From: Eledone cirrhosa
Lineage: Eukaryota
NCBI GenBank assembly: GCA_964016885.1
Contig: OZ024742.1
Coordinates: 173,724,001 to 173,788,000 of the forward strand
DNA length: 64,000 nt
Direction of reading: 5' to 3'
Part shown: one piece after another, positions 14,777 through 26,696 of the stretch
How positions within the stretch are numbered: the first letter of the stretch is position 1
How the letters are laid out: every line of letters starts with the position of its first letter
The notes under the pieces: model-generated
Databases searched by the model: none
What the model was told of the DNA's origin: nothing
What the model saw: only the letters and a program-made list of their open reading frames with translations
Translations under genes and position numbers: made by a program

Positions 14777-15860
14777 TCAAGCAGAAATTGATTGACATAT
14801 ATATTTATATATCTAAAATAAACATGAAACAATCAGAGGGAATAATTTGTAAAAGTGTGTAAGCAAACATAGACAGATAGGTAACTAATTAAAGTTTAAC
14901 TAGAATTTTAAAAATAGATACCTTAAAAATTGATTAATCTTCCTTGTATATATTTCATTAAAGAAATATATTTCACCATTAATCGATCGGTAAACCACAG
15001 TAGCCAAATCCAAAATTTTCAACAACGAAGAAGATCTAACTATCTGTTTTTACACAGCAAATTCAAATCTGTAAATAAGGTATCCATTTTAAAGTTCTAG
15101 TTAAACTTTAATTAGTTACCTACCTGGCTATGTGTGCTTACACACTTTTACAAATTATTCGCTGTGATTGTTTCATATGTTTATTTTAGATATATATATA
15201 TATGTCAATCAATTTCTAGTTGATATAAAATGCTCGGATCTATTCGTTGGAATCTTGGAGCATATTCTACAGTGGATATGGCACATGTCTCTCTGATATG
15301 ACACCCTTAATTTAATGTTGATATATACACGGCCCCTTAATTGTAGAACTAACTCAGTTGAAAGCACTCGGCTGCTATTGCTAGTTGTCGATAACCCTAT
15401 TCACGCCACTGGGATGAAGCTGGTACTATGTGTGTATTTTTAAAAAATGCAACACGTGCTGCTAGTAATTCGCAGATTTGAATTTGCTGTGTAAACACAA
15501 ATAGTTAGATCTTCACCCTTGTTGAAAATCCGTTTTGGCTACTGTGGTTTACCGATCGATTAATAGTGAAATATATTTCTTTAATGAAATATATACAAGG
15601 AAGATTAATCAATTTATAAGGTATCTATTATTAAAGTTCTAGTTAAACTTTAATTAGTTACCTACCTGTCTATGTGTGCTTACACACTTTTGCAAATTAT
15701 TCCCTGTGATTGTTTCATATGTTTATTTTATATATATATATATGTCGATTAATTTCTAGTTGATATAAAATGGTCGGATCTATTCATTGGAATCTTGGAG
15801 CATATTCTACAGTCGATATAGCGCATGTCTCGCTGATATAACACACTTAATCTAATTTTG
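14777..15860. mobile_element. PLE pseudo-LTR/retrozyme-like unit: inverted segment plus partial tandem repeat
   Basis: 14777-15071 is the reverse complement of 15473-15765. 15075-15320 is directly repeated at 15617-15860 (period ~540 bp). Flanked by TA runs. Confidence 0.7.
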
Positions 15861-15864
15861 TTTA

Positions 15865-15996
<132 letters not shown>

Positions 15997-16296
15997 AAAT
16001 TTATTATATTTATTCACGTGACATTATATTTATTCACCAACCAAATTACTTTTCAAAAAAACCTACCATTTCGAGCCATTTTTTTCCACATAAAACAAAA
16101 GTAACATTCGAAATACAACCAGATGCGAGTAAAATCACAAACACTCCATCTCAATTCTACTATTGAAAAGCATAAGAACTGTGAAACCGGTAAAGTAAAT
16201 AAATATTCTTAAAACGACTCCAGTTGTATTTTCGATTTCATCTTTTTTCCTTATACTTTCACTCATTTTTTTTCATTTAAAAAACCCCCTCATTTT

Positions 16297-16347
<51 letters not shown>

Positions 16348-16541
16348 CGTAAAATAAGAAAATTATAAAATTAACTTACTTACTAAAAGTAAGTTAATTT
16401 TATAATTTTTTTATTTTACGTCTCTCATATTATTGTTCTGCAACCCCATGCATTGAACCACAATGTTAATAAGACAAAACCTATATATTTGCTAGCATTG
16501 ATATGCATCTGTGTGTATATAAATGTTACTAGATATAAATT

Positions 16542-16579
<38 letters not shown>

Positions 16580-16890
16580 AAATGAGGAGGTGGTTTTTTA
16601 AATGAAAAAAATGTGATGTCCTACACGAGTGAAAATATAAGGAAAAAAGGTGAAATCGAAAATGCAACTGGAGTCTTTTTAAGAATATTTATTTCCTTTA
16701 CCGGTTTCACAGTTCTTATGCTTTTCAAAAGTAGAAATGAGATGGAGTGTTTGTGATTTTACTCGCATCTGGTTGTTTTTCGAATGTCACTTTTGTTTTA
16801 TGTGGAAAAAAATGGCTCGAAATGCTCGGTTTTTTTGAAAAGTAATTTGGTTGGTTGATAACTGTCACGTGAATAAGTATAATAAATTGT
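15997..16890. repeat. ~300 bp inverted repeat pair enclosing (TA)n and a hairpin element
   Basis: 15997-16300 is the reverse complement of 16575-16890; near-perfect hairpin at 16338-16430. Confidence 0.85.
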
Positions 16891-17731
16891 GTTCGCGTTA
16901 CAAAGTTCTTATTGTATTTGCCTTTAATAAAAAGGGGCTCAAAATTCTTTTTCCATATATAAGTGAAATTTGGTGTGTTGATGCAGTCACTTGAATAAGC
17001 ATATCAACTTTCGCGCCAATTCGCCTTTGAGGGTTCTTTATTGTCATTTTCACTTTAAAAAGTGGCTCAAAAATGTTGTTTTTTATAAACGTAATTTGAT
17101 TGGTTTGACTGTCAGGTGAATAAGTACATTAAATGTCGCGCCATTTCGTATTTGGGGGTTCTCAACTGTTTTCACAGTCACATGATTTGTCCTAGAGAGT
17201 TTTGTGCAAAACAAAAGATAATGGTCAAGAAAAAAGGGATGGGGAGAATTGTTCTGTTTCAGTGAGTATGGCTGATATGCTGAGGTGTCAAAATTCAGAA
17301 TTTCTATTGAATGTTTGTATCGATAGTGGTGTGGTGGTTGTGGCGACAGGGTGGAAAATAGAGACATATATTTTTCTTTGTATGCTTTGTGTGTGTGTGT
17401 GTGTAGGAAAATGTTTCCATTAGTAGACATGGAGAAGGGAGTTATGAGTGTGCTTGGGTGTTATATGTGTGTGTGGGGAAGGGGTGTGATTCCATTAGTA
17501 GAAATGGAGAAGGAGATATGTGTGTGTGTATGGGTGCTGTATGTGTGTGTGCATGTGCGTGTGTGGAGGGTATGGTTAGCATGTTAAGGTGTTAGAATAT
17601 TAACGTATGTTAAAGTCTATTTAGCTCTTGTTTTTATTTTCGAATATAGAAGAGGCTGTTATGTGTGTGTGTGTGTGTTTGGATGGTTAGCATATTATGG
17701 TGTTAACATATTAATGTATATTAAACTATAT

Positions 17732-17820
17732 TAAGGAAAATATGCTTATTCAAAAATATAGACCAGCATTAAACTATATTTAATGCTGGTGTATATTTTT
17801 GAATAAGCATATTTTCCTTA
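17732..17820. repeat. Hairpin with 42 bp arms
   Basis: taaggaaaatatgcttattcaaaaatatagaccagcattaaa-ctata-reverse complement, one mismatch. Confidence 0.9.
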
Positions 17821-18114
17821 TTCATTCGTATTTGGTCTGTTGTATTGTTAGCGCAAAGATAAAGTGGGATCACTTGGAATTGTGGGTGTCTTACCGCTTG
17901 GCAGAGTCTCGTAATTGTTGGTGATGAATTATCATTCTGTTTCTGAGTGTGAGTTTAGTTTGCCCTATATAATCTTCATTGCATCCTTTACATTTAATGG
18001 CATGAACTAAATTGTTTCATGAGCAAGTGAAGTGATGTTTTGCAACAAAATGTTGTCCTGATAGAAATGTATACATGGTACCTTCAATGAGGTGTTGTAC
18101 ATGGTGCATTCAAC

Positions 18115-18289
18115 GAGGAGAAGGAAGAATATCGTGATTGTGGAAGAAGGAATAATTAAATATTCCTTGAAATTTACTTTGCGATAGGAAACTGTTTGAA
18201 AAATGGTGTTGCTAATATATAAATCTTCCATCTGGCTACAAGAGGCATTATGAATGCCTGTGATGTATTTTGTCGAGTAAGGGACAGTA

Positions 18290-18353
<64 letters not shown>

Positions 18354-19177
18354 CTAACTCTTTCACTCTTTCTCTCTCAGAATATCATATCCATGGATCT
18401 GTTTCTGCATATAGTAAAACACATTCATATCATTGATACTTTTGTGTCTTTGATAATAATCCAGTTAACCAAACAAGGGATATTAAGAATGTATTCAGTG
18501 CTAGTAGCTTCAGTAAAAACATGACATTCACAACCTTCTTCTTGGGTAATATTAACTAATATATAAATAATATGTGCTTTGTTTTTGACATTGTAAAATC
18601 TACTTTAATTACTAGAAATAAAGTCAAAATTCGTTGTAATTCTTGTTTTAAACCCAGTAGAACCCGATGGCACACAGTTTTGAGGAAACAAGTTTTCCAT
18701 GAATATTCTGTCGTTATCCAATAGATCCATATTGAAATGGAAGGAATTGACAGTTGAAAATAAAACATCAAATCCAGTGTTACGAAATTTTCTTTTGTGT
18801 ACTGCACACTATGCTATATATAACTTTGCTTAGCTCATCATCATACCTATCCCATGTCCCCATTAATCCCTTTTCTCGATACTTGACAATACTAAATGAT
18901 ATTTACTTATTGCTTTTCTGTTTTACAAAGTTATGTCAACTGTTGATTCCCATATTTTAACAACTTCCACTCTACCGGCAGTATCAGTAGAGGGTCGGAC
19001 GCCATACTTTACAACAAACAGTTACACATCTTTCCCGTCTGAGTTTAAATCCCGCTGAGGTTCACTTTGCCTTTCATCTTTACGGGGTCGATAAAATAGA
19101 GCACTAGTAACGCACTGGGATAACATTTGGCCTTGTGCCCAAAAAGAAGCAAATATTACATGAGAACAAAGAAAATT
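18115..19177 (+). repeat. ~1.05 kb block duplicated in inverted orientation at 57935-58990, including a SINE (18976-19157)
   Basis: Collinear reverse-complement match including the (CT)n/(GA)n tract and the SINE 3' flank aaatattacat. Confidence 0.85.
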
Positions 19178-19206
19178 GTGTGTATATATATATATATATG
19201 TCTAAT

Positions 19207-19249
<43 letters not shown>

Positions 19250-19252
<3 letters not shown>

Positions 19253-19830
19253 TTCAAATAAAATGAAAACGAAATTTCATTTCTCACTCTTAGTACGGCA
19301 CTTACTTAAATGTAAGTATGTGTGTATACGTACATACATATATGTATACAGACGTACAGTAGCATGCATATATATATATACATACAGGTACACATACATA
19401 TATGCAAGTATCAGTTTAGCGGAAGCTTATTATAACGCCGCTTTGTTCGTTTGTAAACAAACTGAACAGCCTGAATTTTATGCCGTACGGTGTTAAGGTA
19501 ACCACGTCACCTTTTTGTTCAACACTAACACAGGAACGATGTACTAGTTTCAAGCTTGTTAGCTATCATCAGCACCGTATACCCATCTGCCAGATAGTTG
19601 AACGTTCGAAAGTATATATTTTCCTCATGAAAATTAACGGCTGAGCAGCCTAATTTGCATATCGAGTGAGCTGAGTCGGTCAGGCATACCGAAAACGATA
19701 AGTTGAAATAAAATGAAAACGAAATTTCATTTCTCACTCTTAGTACGGCACTTACTTAAATGTAAGTATGTGTGTATACGTACATACATATATGTATACA
19801 GACGTACAGTAGCATGCATATATATATATA
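19250..19830 (-). mobile_element. Retrozyme-like/PLE pseudo-LTR unit: ~450 bp monomer with ~130 bp terminal redundancy
   Basis: 19250-19380 is repeated almost exactly at 19700-19830; hammerhead inside; flanked by TA runs. Confidence 0.75.
19536..19578 (-). ncRNA. Minimal type I hammerhead ribozyme
   Basis: ACGGTG-CTGATGA-T AGCT AACA AGCT T-GAAA-CTAG-TA^-CATCGT: perfect core, 6 bp stem I, 4 bp stem II, one-bp stem III with palindromic CTAG loop, GUA triplet. Confidence 0.85.
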
Positions 19831-19834
19831 TATT

Positions 19835-20275
19835 AAAAAACTAATTACCAAGGCAAAATTTACGACCAACATGGAATCAATGCAAGTGACGAAATGCGGG
19901 GACCCTCGATGTGGAACCTGTGAACTCATCGAAGAGGGCAAACAGTTGTCATTCAAAAACCATGATAATTTCAAGGTCAATGCTAACATGAACTGCAAAA
20001 CGAAAAACCTAATATATTGCGCAACATGTCCACAGTGTAAAGAGTATTACATTGGGGAAACCGGAACAGGATTACATGATAGAGTCCGGGTACATAAACA
20101 ACAGATTAAAGACCCCACAGTCAGAAATACCACATGTAGCGCACACTTTGCATCATGCGGGAGGGAAAATTCACAATCTTCCCTTTCTTCAAGATATGGT
20201 CGGATAACTAACATTTCCGCAGATATAAAGAAGAATTCTTCATTGAAAAATTTAAACCACTACTGAACACGAAAA
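19835..20275 (+). mobile_element. 3' fragment of a second PLE family: zinc-finger linker plus GIY-YIG endonuclease
   Basis: KCGDPRCGTC, MNCKTKNLIYCATCPQCKEYYIGETG, RVRVH and SAHF; frameshift near 20165. Confidence 0.88.
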
Positions 20276-20379
20276 AATGAATTAACACTCGGAGGTAAAA
20301 ATGAATTAACACTCGGAGGTAAAATTCCATTTCACTACCCCACCCTCTTCTTATGTATACACATGAATATCTGAATGAA

Positions 20380-20545
20380 CGGTGAGACACACACATATGT
20401 GTGTGTAGGGATGTATGGATGTATGTACGTGTGGGTATATATGTATGTGGGTGTGTGTATGTGTATGTGTGTGTGTGTGTGTATATATATACATATATGT
20501 ATGGATGTGTGTATGTTTGTATGTGTGTGTGTGTATATATATATG

Positions 20546-20618
<73 letters not shown>

Positions 20619-20665
20619 GTGTATATGTACATGTATGTATGTGTATGTTTGTATATGTGTGTGCG

Positions 20666-20742
<77 letters not shown>

Positions 20743-21035
20743 ATAGATATGTATGTTTATGTGTGTGTGTATGTATGTGTATGTACCTATATATATGTAT
20801 GTGTGCGTGTGTATGTACGTGCATTTATGTATATATGTGTGTACATATGTGTATGTTTCTGTTTGTGTATATGTATGTATGTAGATGTATGTGTATATAT
20901 ATGTATATATATGTATATGTATGTGTATGTGTATATGTGTCTTCATGTGCTCTTATACGCACATATATATATGTGTATGTGTGTATGTATGTGTGTGTAT
21001 GTGTATATATATGTATATATATGTATGTATATATG

Positions 21036-21068
<33 letters not shown>

Positions 21069-21146
21069 GTACATGTATGTGTATGTATGTATGTGTGTAT
21101 GTGTGTATGTGTATGTGTATGTGTATGTATGTGTATATATATATAC

Positions 21147-21182
<36 letters not shown>

Positions 21183-21315
21183 GTATATGTATGTGTATAT
21201 ATATGTATATGGATATGTATGTATGTGTATATGTATGTGTATATGTGTGTATGTGTCTGTGTGTATTTATGTGTACATATGTATATATATATGTGTGTAT
21301 ATGTATGTGTATGTA

Positions 21316-21347
<32 letters not shown>

Positions 21348-21348
21348 G

Positions 21349-21381
<33 letters not shown>

Positions 21382-21518
21382 TGTATGTATGTGTGTGTGT
21401 GTGTATGCCTCTCTCTTTATATGTGTATATGTATATATGGATGTATGTGTGTATATGTGTGTGTATGTATGCATGTATGTGTGTATATATACATATACAA
21501 ACATACATACACACACAC

Positions 21519-21595
<77 letters not shown>

Positions 21596-21639
21596 CACAT
21601 ATATATATGTGCAGATGTGCGTATGTAAGTATGTATGTG

Positions 21640-21681
<42 letters not shown>

Positions 21682-21975
21682 CGTGTATATGTATGTATAT
21701 GTACGAATGTGTACGTGTGTGTGTATGTATATATACGGTTGCGTGTATGTGTGTGTGTGTATATGGGGGCGTATATACACGCGCGCGTGTGTGTGTGTGC
21801 CTCTCTGTTTGCATGTATGCGTATATTTTTGTGACGATTTATGTGTGTTTATATATATATATATATACATGGATATTTGTGTATGCTTCTGGGCATACGT
21901 GTGTGAACGTTACCACACAAACTACTATGTATGTATCTGTCCATATCTATGTGATTGTATGTGTGTGTGTGTGCG
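20380..21975. repeat. 1.6 kb compound TA/TG/TATG microsatellite
   Basis: Directly visible; source of the 300-528 aa spurious ORFs. Confidence 0.97.
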
Positions 21976-22310
21976 AAGGGAGCGTGAGCTGGCAGCAGTA
22001 ATTTTGCCGACGAGACAGTGGTTGAGTGACAGCTCACGCCCTGATGATCAGCGGGCTGCTACCAGTGGTCAGAATAATGATGACGTCACTAACAAGTGCC
22101 CAACCCAAGGACGCGCAAAGCGGCTGAAGGTGGACGGTTTAGACCCGTAGGGTCCGAAACCCCAGAAAGAAGAAATTCTCCGAAATCAATAGACGTGTCC
22201 GGAGTCGTGTCGATCCACACCCAGATCGCATCTCGAGCTGTTCACCAGGGAAACAATTGTAACACACAATACATTGAGTTCCGATGCATCACTGATTTTT
22301 CGTTTTCCAT

Positions 22311-22382
<72 letters not shown>

Positions 22383-22383
<1 letters not shown>

Positions 22384-23200
22384 TCATGGTCTTCTTCATG
22401 ATGAAATCGATGACTATGAGGAAAATGAAAGGCGAAAGGATGCAGCCTTGTTGAACCCTGGCCAAGATGTCAAACATTTCCGTGTTTCCGTCCCTTGTCC
22501 TAACGCACCACCTGAAATCTCGGTACACCGACCTGAAGATGTTAATATATTTCCATCATGGTTGGTCAGCGTAACATTGAATGGGTAAACCACTTCCAAT
22601 ACCTTGGCAGTAACATCTCTAGTGATGGGGATGCTGAGGTGGACGTGCACACAATGGTGGGAAAAGCAGCGGCGGTCTTCCAGCGACTCCGTCCGGTATG
22701 GTCCAGGTGTTCCATCGGTTACGCCGCCAAACTCGGTGTTTACATGTCCATTGTAGTACCAACAGCGATATATGCCTGTGAGACATGGAAGAGTACGGAA
22801 AGTGTATGTAACAACCTTCATGTATTCCACCGTAGTTGCATTCGGACCATATTGAAAATTTCATGGAGAGACCAAGTTAGCAACGAGGAAGTGATGAGGG
22901 GGTCAGGATTGGAGAGGTTAAAGGACATTGTCCGGAAAAGGAGACGGCGGTTCGCGGGCCACATCCTTCGTTTACCGGCAGATCGACCTGCTGATATTGC
23001 CATGGATTGGGTACCAGAAGGTGGCAGGAGAGAACGGGAAGACCACGAAAAACATGGCGGAGCACATTCAGGGAAGACCTGCGGGAGATGGGAATTACCT
23101 GCAGATGTGCTAGAAGGGCCGCCAGTGACAGGATCAACTGGAGGAAGTTCGTCGCCCAATGTTCCCCAAGGGACTGGAGGAACTAAGACTAAGACTAAGA
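22383..23200 (+). mobile_element. RTE-like LINE 3' fragment with an inverted 5' segment, inserted in (TA)n
   Basis: + strand 22558-23190: FQYLGS, YACETW, ILKISWRDQVSNEEV, FAGHILR, then a (CTAAGA)n tail. - strand 22383-22556: VQQGCILSPFIFLIVID. Confidence 0.88.
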
Positions 23201-23211
23201 TATATATATAT

Positions 23212-23284
<73 letters not shown>

Positions 23285-23295
<11 letters not shown>

Positions 23296-23766
23296 ACTTG
23301 GAGAGGGTCATATTTGTGTAATAATATTGTCAGAATTAATAACAGAACACACTCACCGTTTGGTTGGTTTTCGCTTCTGTGTCTTTTATATCGGTTAATT
23401 TAATTTATTCAGTCCTCAATGTTACCATTGACTGACCAACGGTCAATAATACAAATATAATATACACACAAACATATATATAGTCTAATAAAGTTAGGCA
23501 TACAATATGGCGTAGGCATACAATACGACAGGAGGAAACATAATAGCAACACTGACGATGTTGCAGATGTGCAAAGAAAGAACTTTGTTAGACTATATAT
23601 ATGTGTTTGTGTCTATATTATATCTGTATTTTTGACCGTTGGTCAGTCAATGGTAACATTGAGGACCGAATAAATGAAATTAACCGATATAAAAGACATA
23701 GAAGCGAAAACCAACCAAACAGTGAGTGTGTTCTGTTATTATGACCCTCCCCAAGTATAACAATAT
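23285..23766. mobile_element. Fold-back non-coding element with ~190-210 bp inverted arms, in (TA)n
   Basis: 23285-23495 is the reverse complement of 23581-23766 (one ~25 bp indel); hammerhead motif in the spacer. Confidence 0.8.
23544..23595 (+). ncRNA. Minimal hammerhead motif, slightly degenerate
   Basis: AACA-CTGACGA-TG TTGCA GATG TGCAA A-GAAA-GAAC-TT^-TGTT. Confidence 0.55.
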
Positions 23767-23816
23767 TAGTTTAGACACACGATTTCGTATCAAAAACCTC
23801 TCAAAATTAATTCCCG

Positions 23817-23894
<78 letters not shown>

Positions 23895-25101
23895 TATATA
23901 ATATATATATATATCTGTTAGAACACGAAAAGTGTGAAACACAGAATGTTCACTTTTCGTGTTCTAACATATATGCCTAGCTTCTTTAAAAATTTTTCGG
24001 GGATAGCCGTGGTGGTGATCGTATGTCATTGGCTAATTTTCAACCAATCAGAGTACCTCTCTCTATATCTCTTCCACTGTTACTTACGCCTGTTTCTCTC
24101 TATCTGTTCCGTCTCTATTTATATCTCTTACTCTTTCGCTTTGCACTCCTCCCCTTCAATACCATCTCTCCCCCTCTCTATATATTTGTTACTCTATCGC
24201 TGCACGCTCCTCTCCTTCAATATATCAATTACACACGCTTTACACTCCTTTATCCCCAGCGCCCCTATATATACACCCCCTCTCCCGCATCTATATTTTA
24301 ATGTACCGTTGCACCGTGAATACATGTGTCTATATATATATATACATATATATTGTATATACACATTCATGTATGTGTATACACACTCATGTATGTATAT
24401 ACACTGGTTTTATGTGTGTATTGTAAATTTGTACTGTTAAAACACGAAACTAACATTCGATTGACACTTTGATTACCTGTACAGGCAATAGTTATTAGAA
24501 TGCTGTTGAAGTGTGTATATATTTTTGGGGGACATCCTGTATATACACACATTATATATAATACAATAAACAGATAAATACACACATATATATATGAGCT
24601 TATTTAATTATAAATATTGTGAATTTTTAACTCAGTTCAATTATATATATAAATGGCTTCTACAGGACTAGAACTGTTTCATTCGAAAGAAATCATCATA
24701 ATATTGAGAGGGGGGACTAGATAAAATATTTCAAATCAAATGTGTATAAGTTATAAGTTAAAATGTATAAATAGAGACGATAGTGGAGGTATATCTGTTT
24801 AGTGGAACAGTAGACGATAGAATTAAATACAGACGATAATCTCCCTTTAATGAAACAGCAGACGATAGAATTAAGGCAATTTAAATTTTAAGCATTTGCA
24901 TTTTTGCCTTTCATCGTTACGGGGTCGATAAAATAAAGTACCAGTAATACACTGTCACTAGACGACTTTCAAATTGAATTGTTGGTTCCATTTCTTTAGT
25001 ATTTTCAATTGTAGTTATCTACTTAAAAAGCGTTACACGGTTAGAGACATAATTCGTAAGTTATATCTTCCCTATTAAACCATTGCATTATTTCGCCTAC
25101 A

Positions 25102-25294
25102 GGGCGGTGAATTGGCAGTATCGGTAGAGGGTTGGACGCCATGCTTTCTAGCATAGTTACGTCCCTTTACAGTCTGAGTTCAAATCCTGCCGAGGTTAAC
25201 TTTGCCTTTCATCCTTACGGGGTCGATAAAATAAAGTACCAGTAATGTACTGGGTAATTTGCTGGCCTTGTGCCTAAAGTAGAAACAATTATTT
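25102..25294 (+). mobile_element. Full-length tRNA-derived SINE with ~15 bp TSD
   Basis: A-box-like TGGCAGTATCGG, B-box GAGTTCAAATCC, body ctttgcctttcatccttacggggtcgataaaataaagtacc, tail ggccttgtgcctaaagtagaaac; TSD ATTATTTCGCCTACA. Confidence 0.9.
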
Positions 25295-25511
25295 CGCCTA
25301 CAATAGAACAAAAATGAAATGTTCTTTAAAGAAACAGGAATATAACTTTATAAAAAAAAAAGTTGCATCCGCTTCTTTTATCATTGATAATTTTTTCGTT
25401 TTAATATTAATTGTTTTTTGCAGTTGTTTATATTAAAAATCTTACTGTAATATTTACTTAAACGAAGGCAAACATCTAAACTTATAGATTAATCTTGAGC
25501 GAAGGACTAGA

Positions 25512-25582
<71 letters not shown>

Positions 25583-25974
25583 GAAGAATGATAAAATTTC
25601 AAGCAAAGAGTTTAATTAGGTATATTTTGTAATATTATTAACTAATTATTATAATTAACGCGCATATTTTGCTATCCTCAAACACGTTTACACATGGCAT
25701 GAAATATAACTAATCCGAGATGGCTAGGTTTCATCTTCTAACTGGATAAACGAAATCCATTATGTCTTGACAACAACATGAGGTAACATTATGTTATTCA
25801 CAGACACACTTTGTACACTGTTCCATATCAGAATGTATTTCCTTCGTCACATTCACAAACAGTATTGAAAATATGTTCTTCGGCAAATAAAAATGTTTTG
25901 TTCATAATATTTCAACTAGCGATTGCTCTACTTCACGCACGACCACCATAAATTAATGACCAGCTCAACACAAG

Positions 25975-26146
25975 TATTGGTAGAGCGTCAGACACCATGC
26001 TTTGCAGTATTGTTATGGTCCTTTGCATTCTAAGTTCAAATCCTGCCGAGGTTAACTTCGACTTTCATACTTACTAATTCGATAAAATAAAGTACCAGTA
26101 ATGGACTGCCGTAATGGATTTGTGCCGAAAAATAGAAACACTATTA
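25975..26146 (+). mobile_element. Diverged SINE copy
   Basis: Same body: aagttcaaatcctgccgaggttaac...aaataaagtaccag. Confidence 0.75.
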
Positions 26147-26696
26147 ATGTGCAATAAGAGCAAAATATAACGACATTGCTCAATTATTTTATCTAATGTT
26201 GTAATAACACAAGGAAATGTTGTTTGTGTATTTTTTTTTATATTTGCTCATAGGCTTTTACAATTTCGCTCAGCCAACAACTATTAAAAAGTGAGTTGCT
26301 TAAGATAACAATTTAATCACAAATTGTTGCTATCTTTTAATACACTCCAACAAGTCATCAAATTATGTACAATAAAAACAAATCTTATTAATTTGCTCAG
26401 GGAATATAAAGAAAATGTATATACACTGATAATTGCAAATGTATGTAAATATTTTGTTTTTGTATTGTATATTTTATGTTTTCTATTATGTATAATATAT
26501 TGATTTAATATTGATTGCTTTTTGTAGTTGTTTATATTAAAAGTCTGAAAATATTTTTATACATCTTACACTAATATTTATAAGATAATTTATAATAACA
26601 ATTACATAATCTAATTACATTACAACGATAATTTATTATTAATATATATCCTGTTTAACTAGAGTTATTACAAGCGTTGCCTTAAAAAAATATTAA

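Noticed and set aside
20272-20325. 24 bp tandem duplication aaaaatgaattaacactcggaggt
   Set aside because: Simple local slippage at the PLE ORF end.
20335-22001. Long ORFs of 200-528 aa rich in YI/CV/HT
   Set aside because: Translations of stop-free dinucleotide microsatellites; the same applies to similar ORFs throughout the window.
22038-22165. CTGATGA and CTGAAGG-TGGAC..GTCC-GAAAC hammerhead-like pieces
   Set aside because: Could not close stems I and III; possibly a decayed pseudo-LTR.
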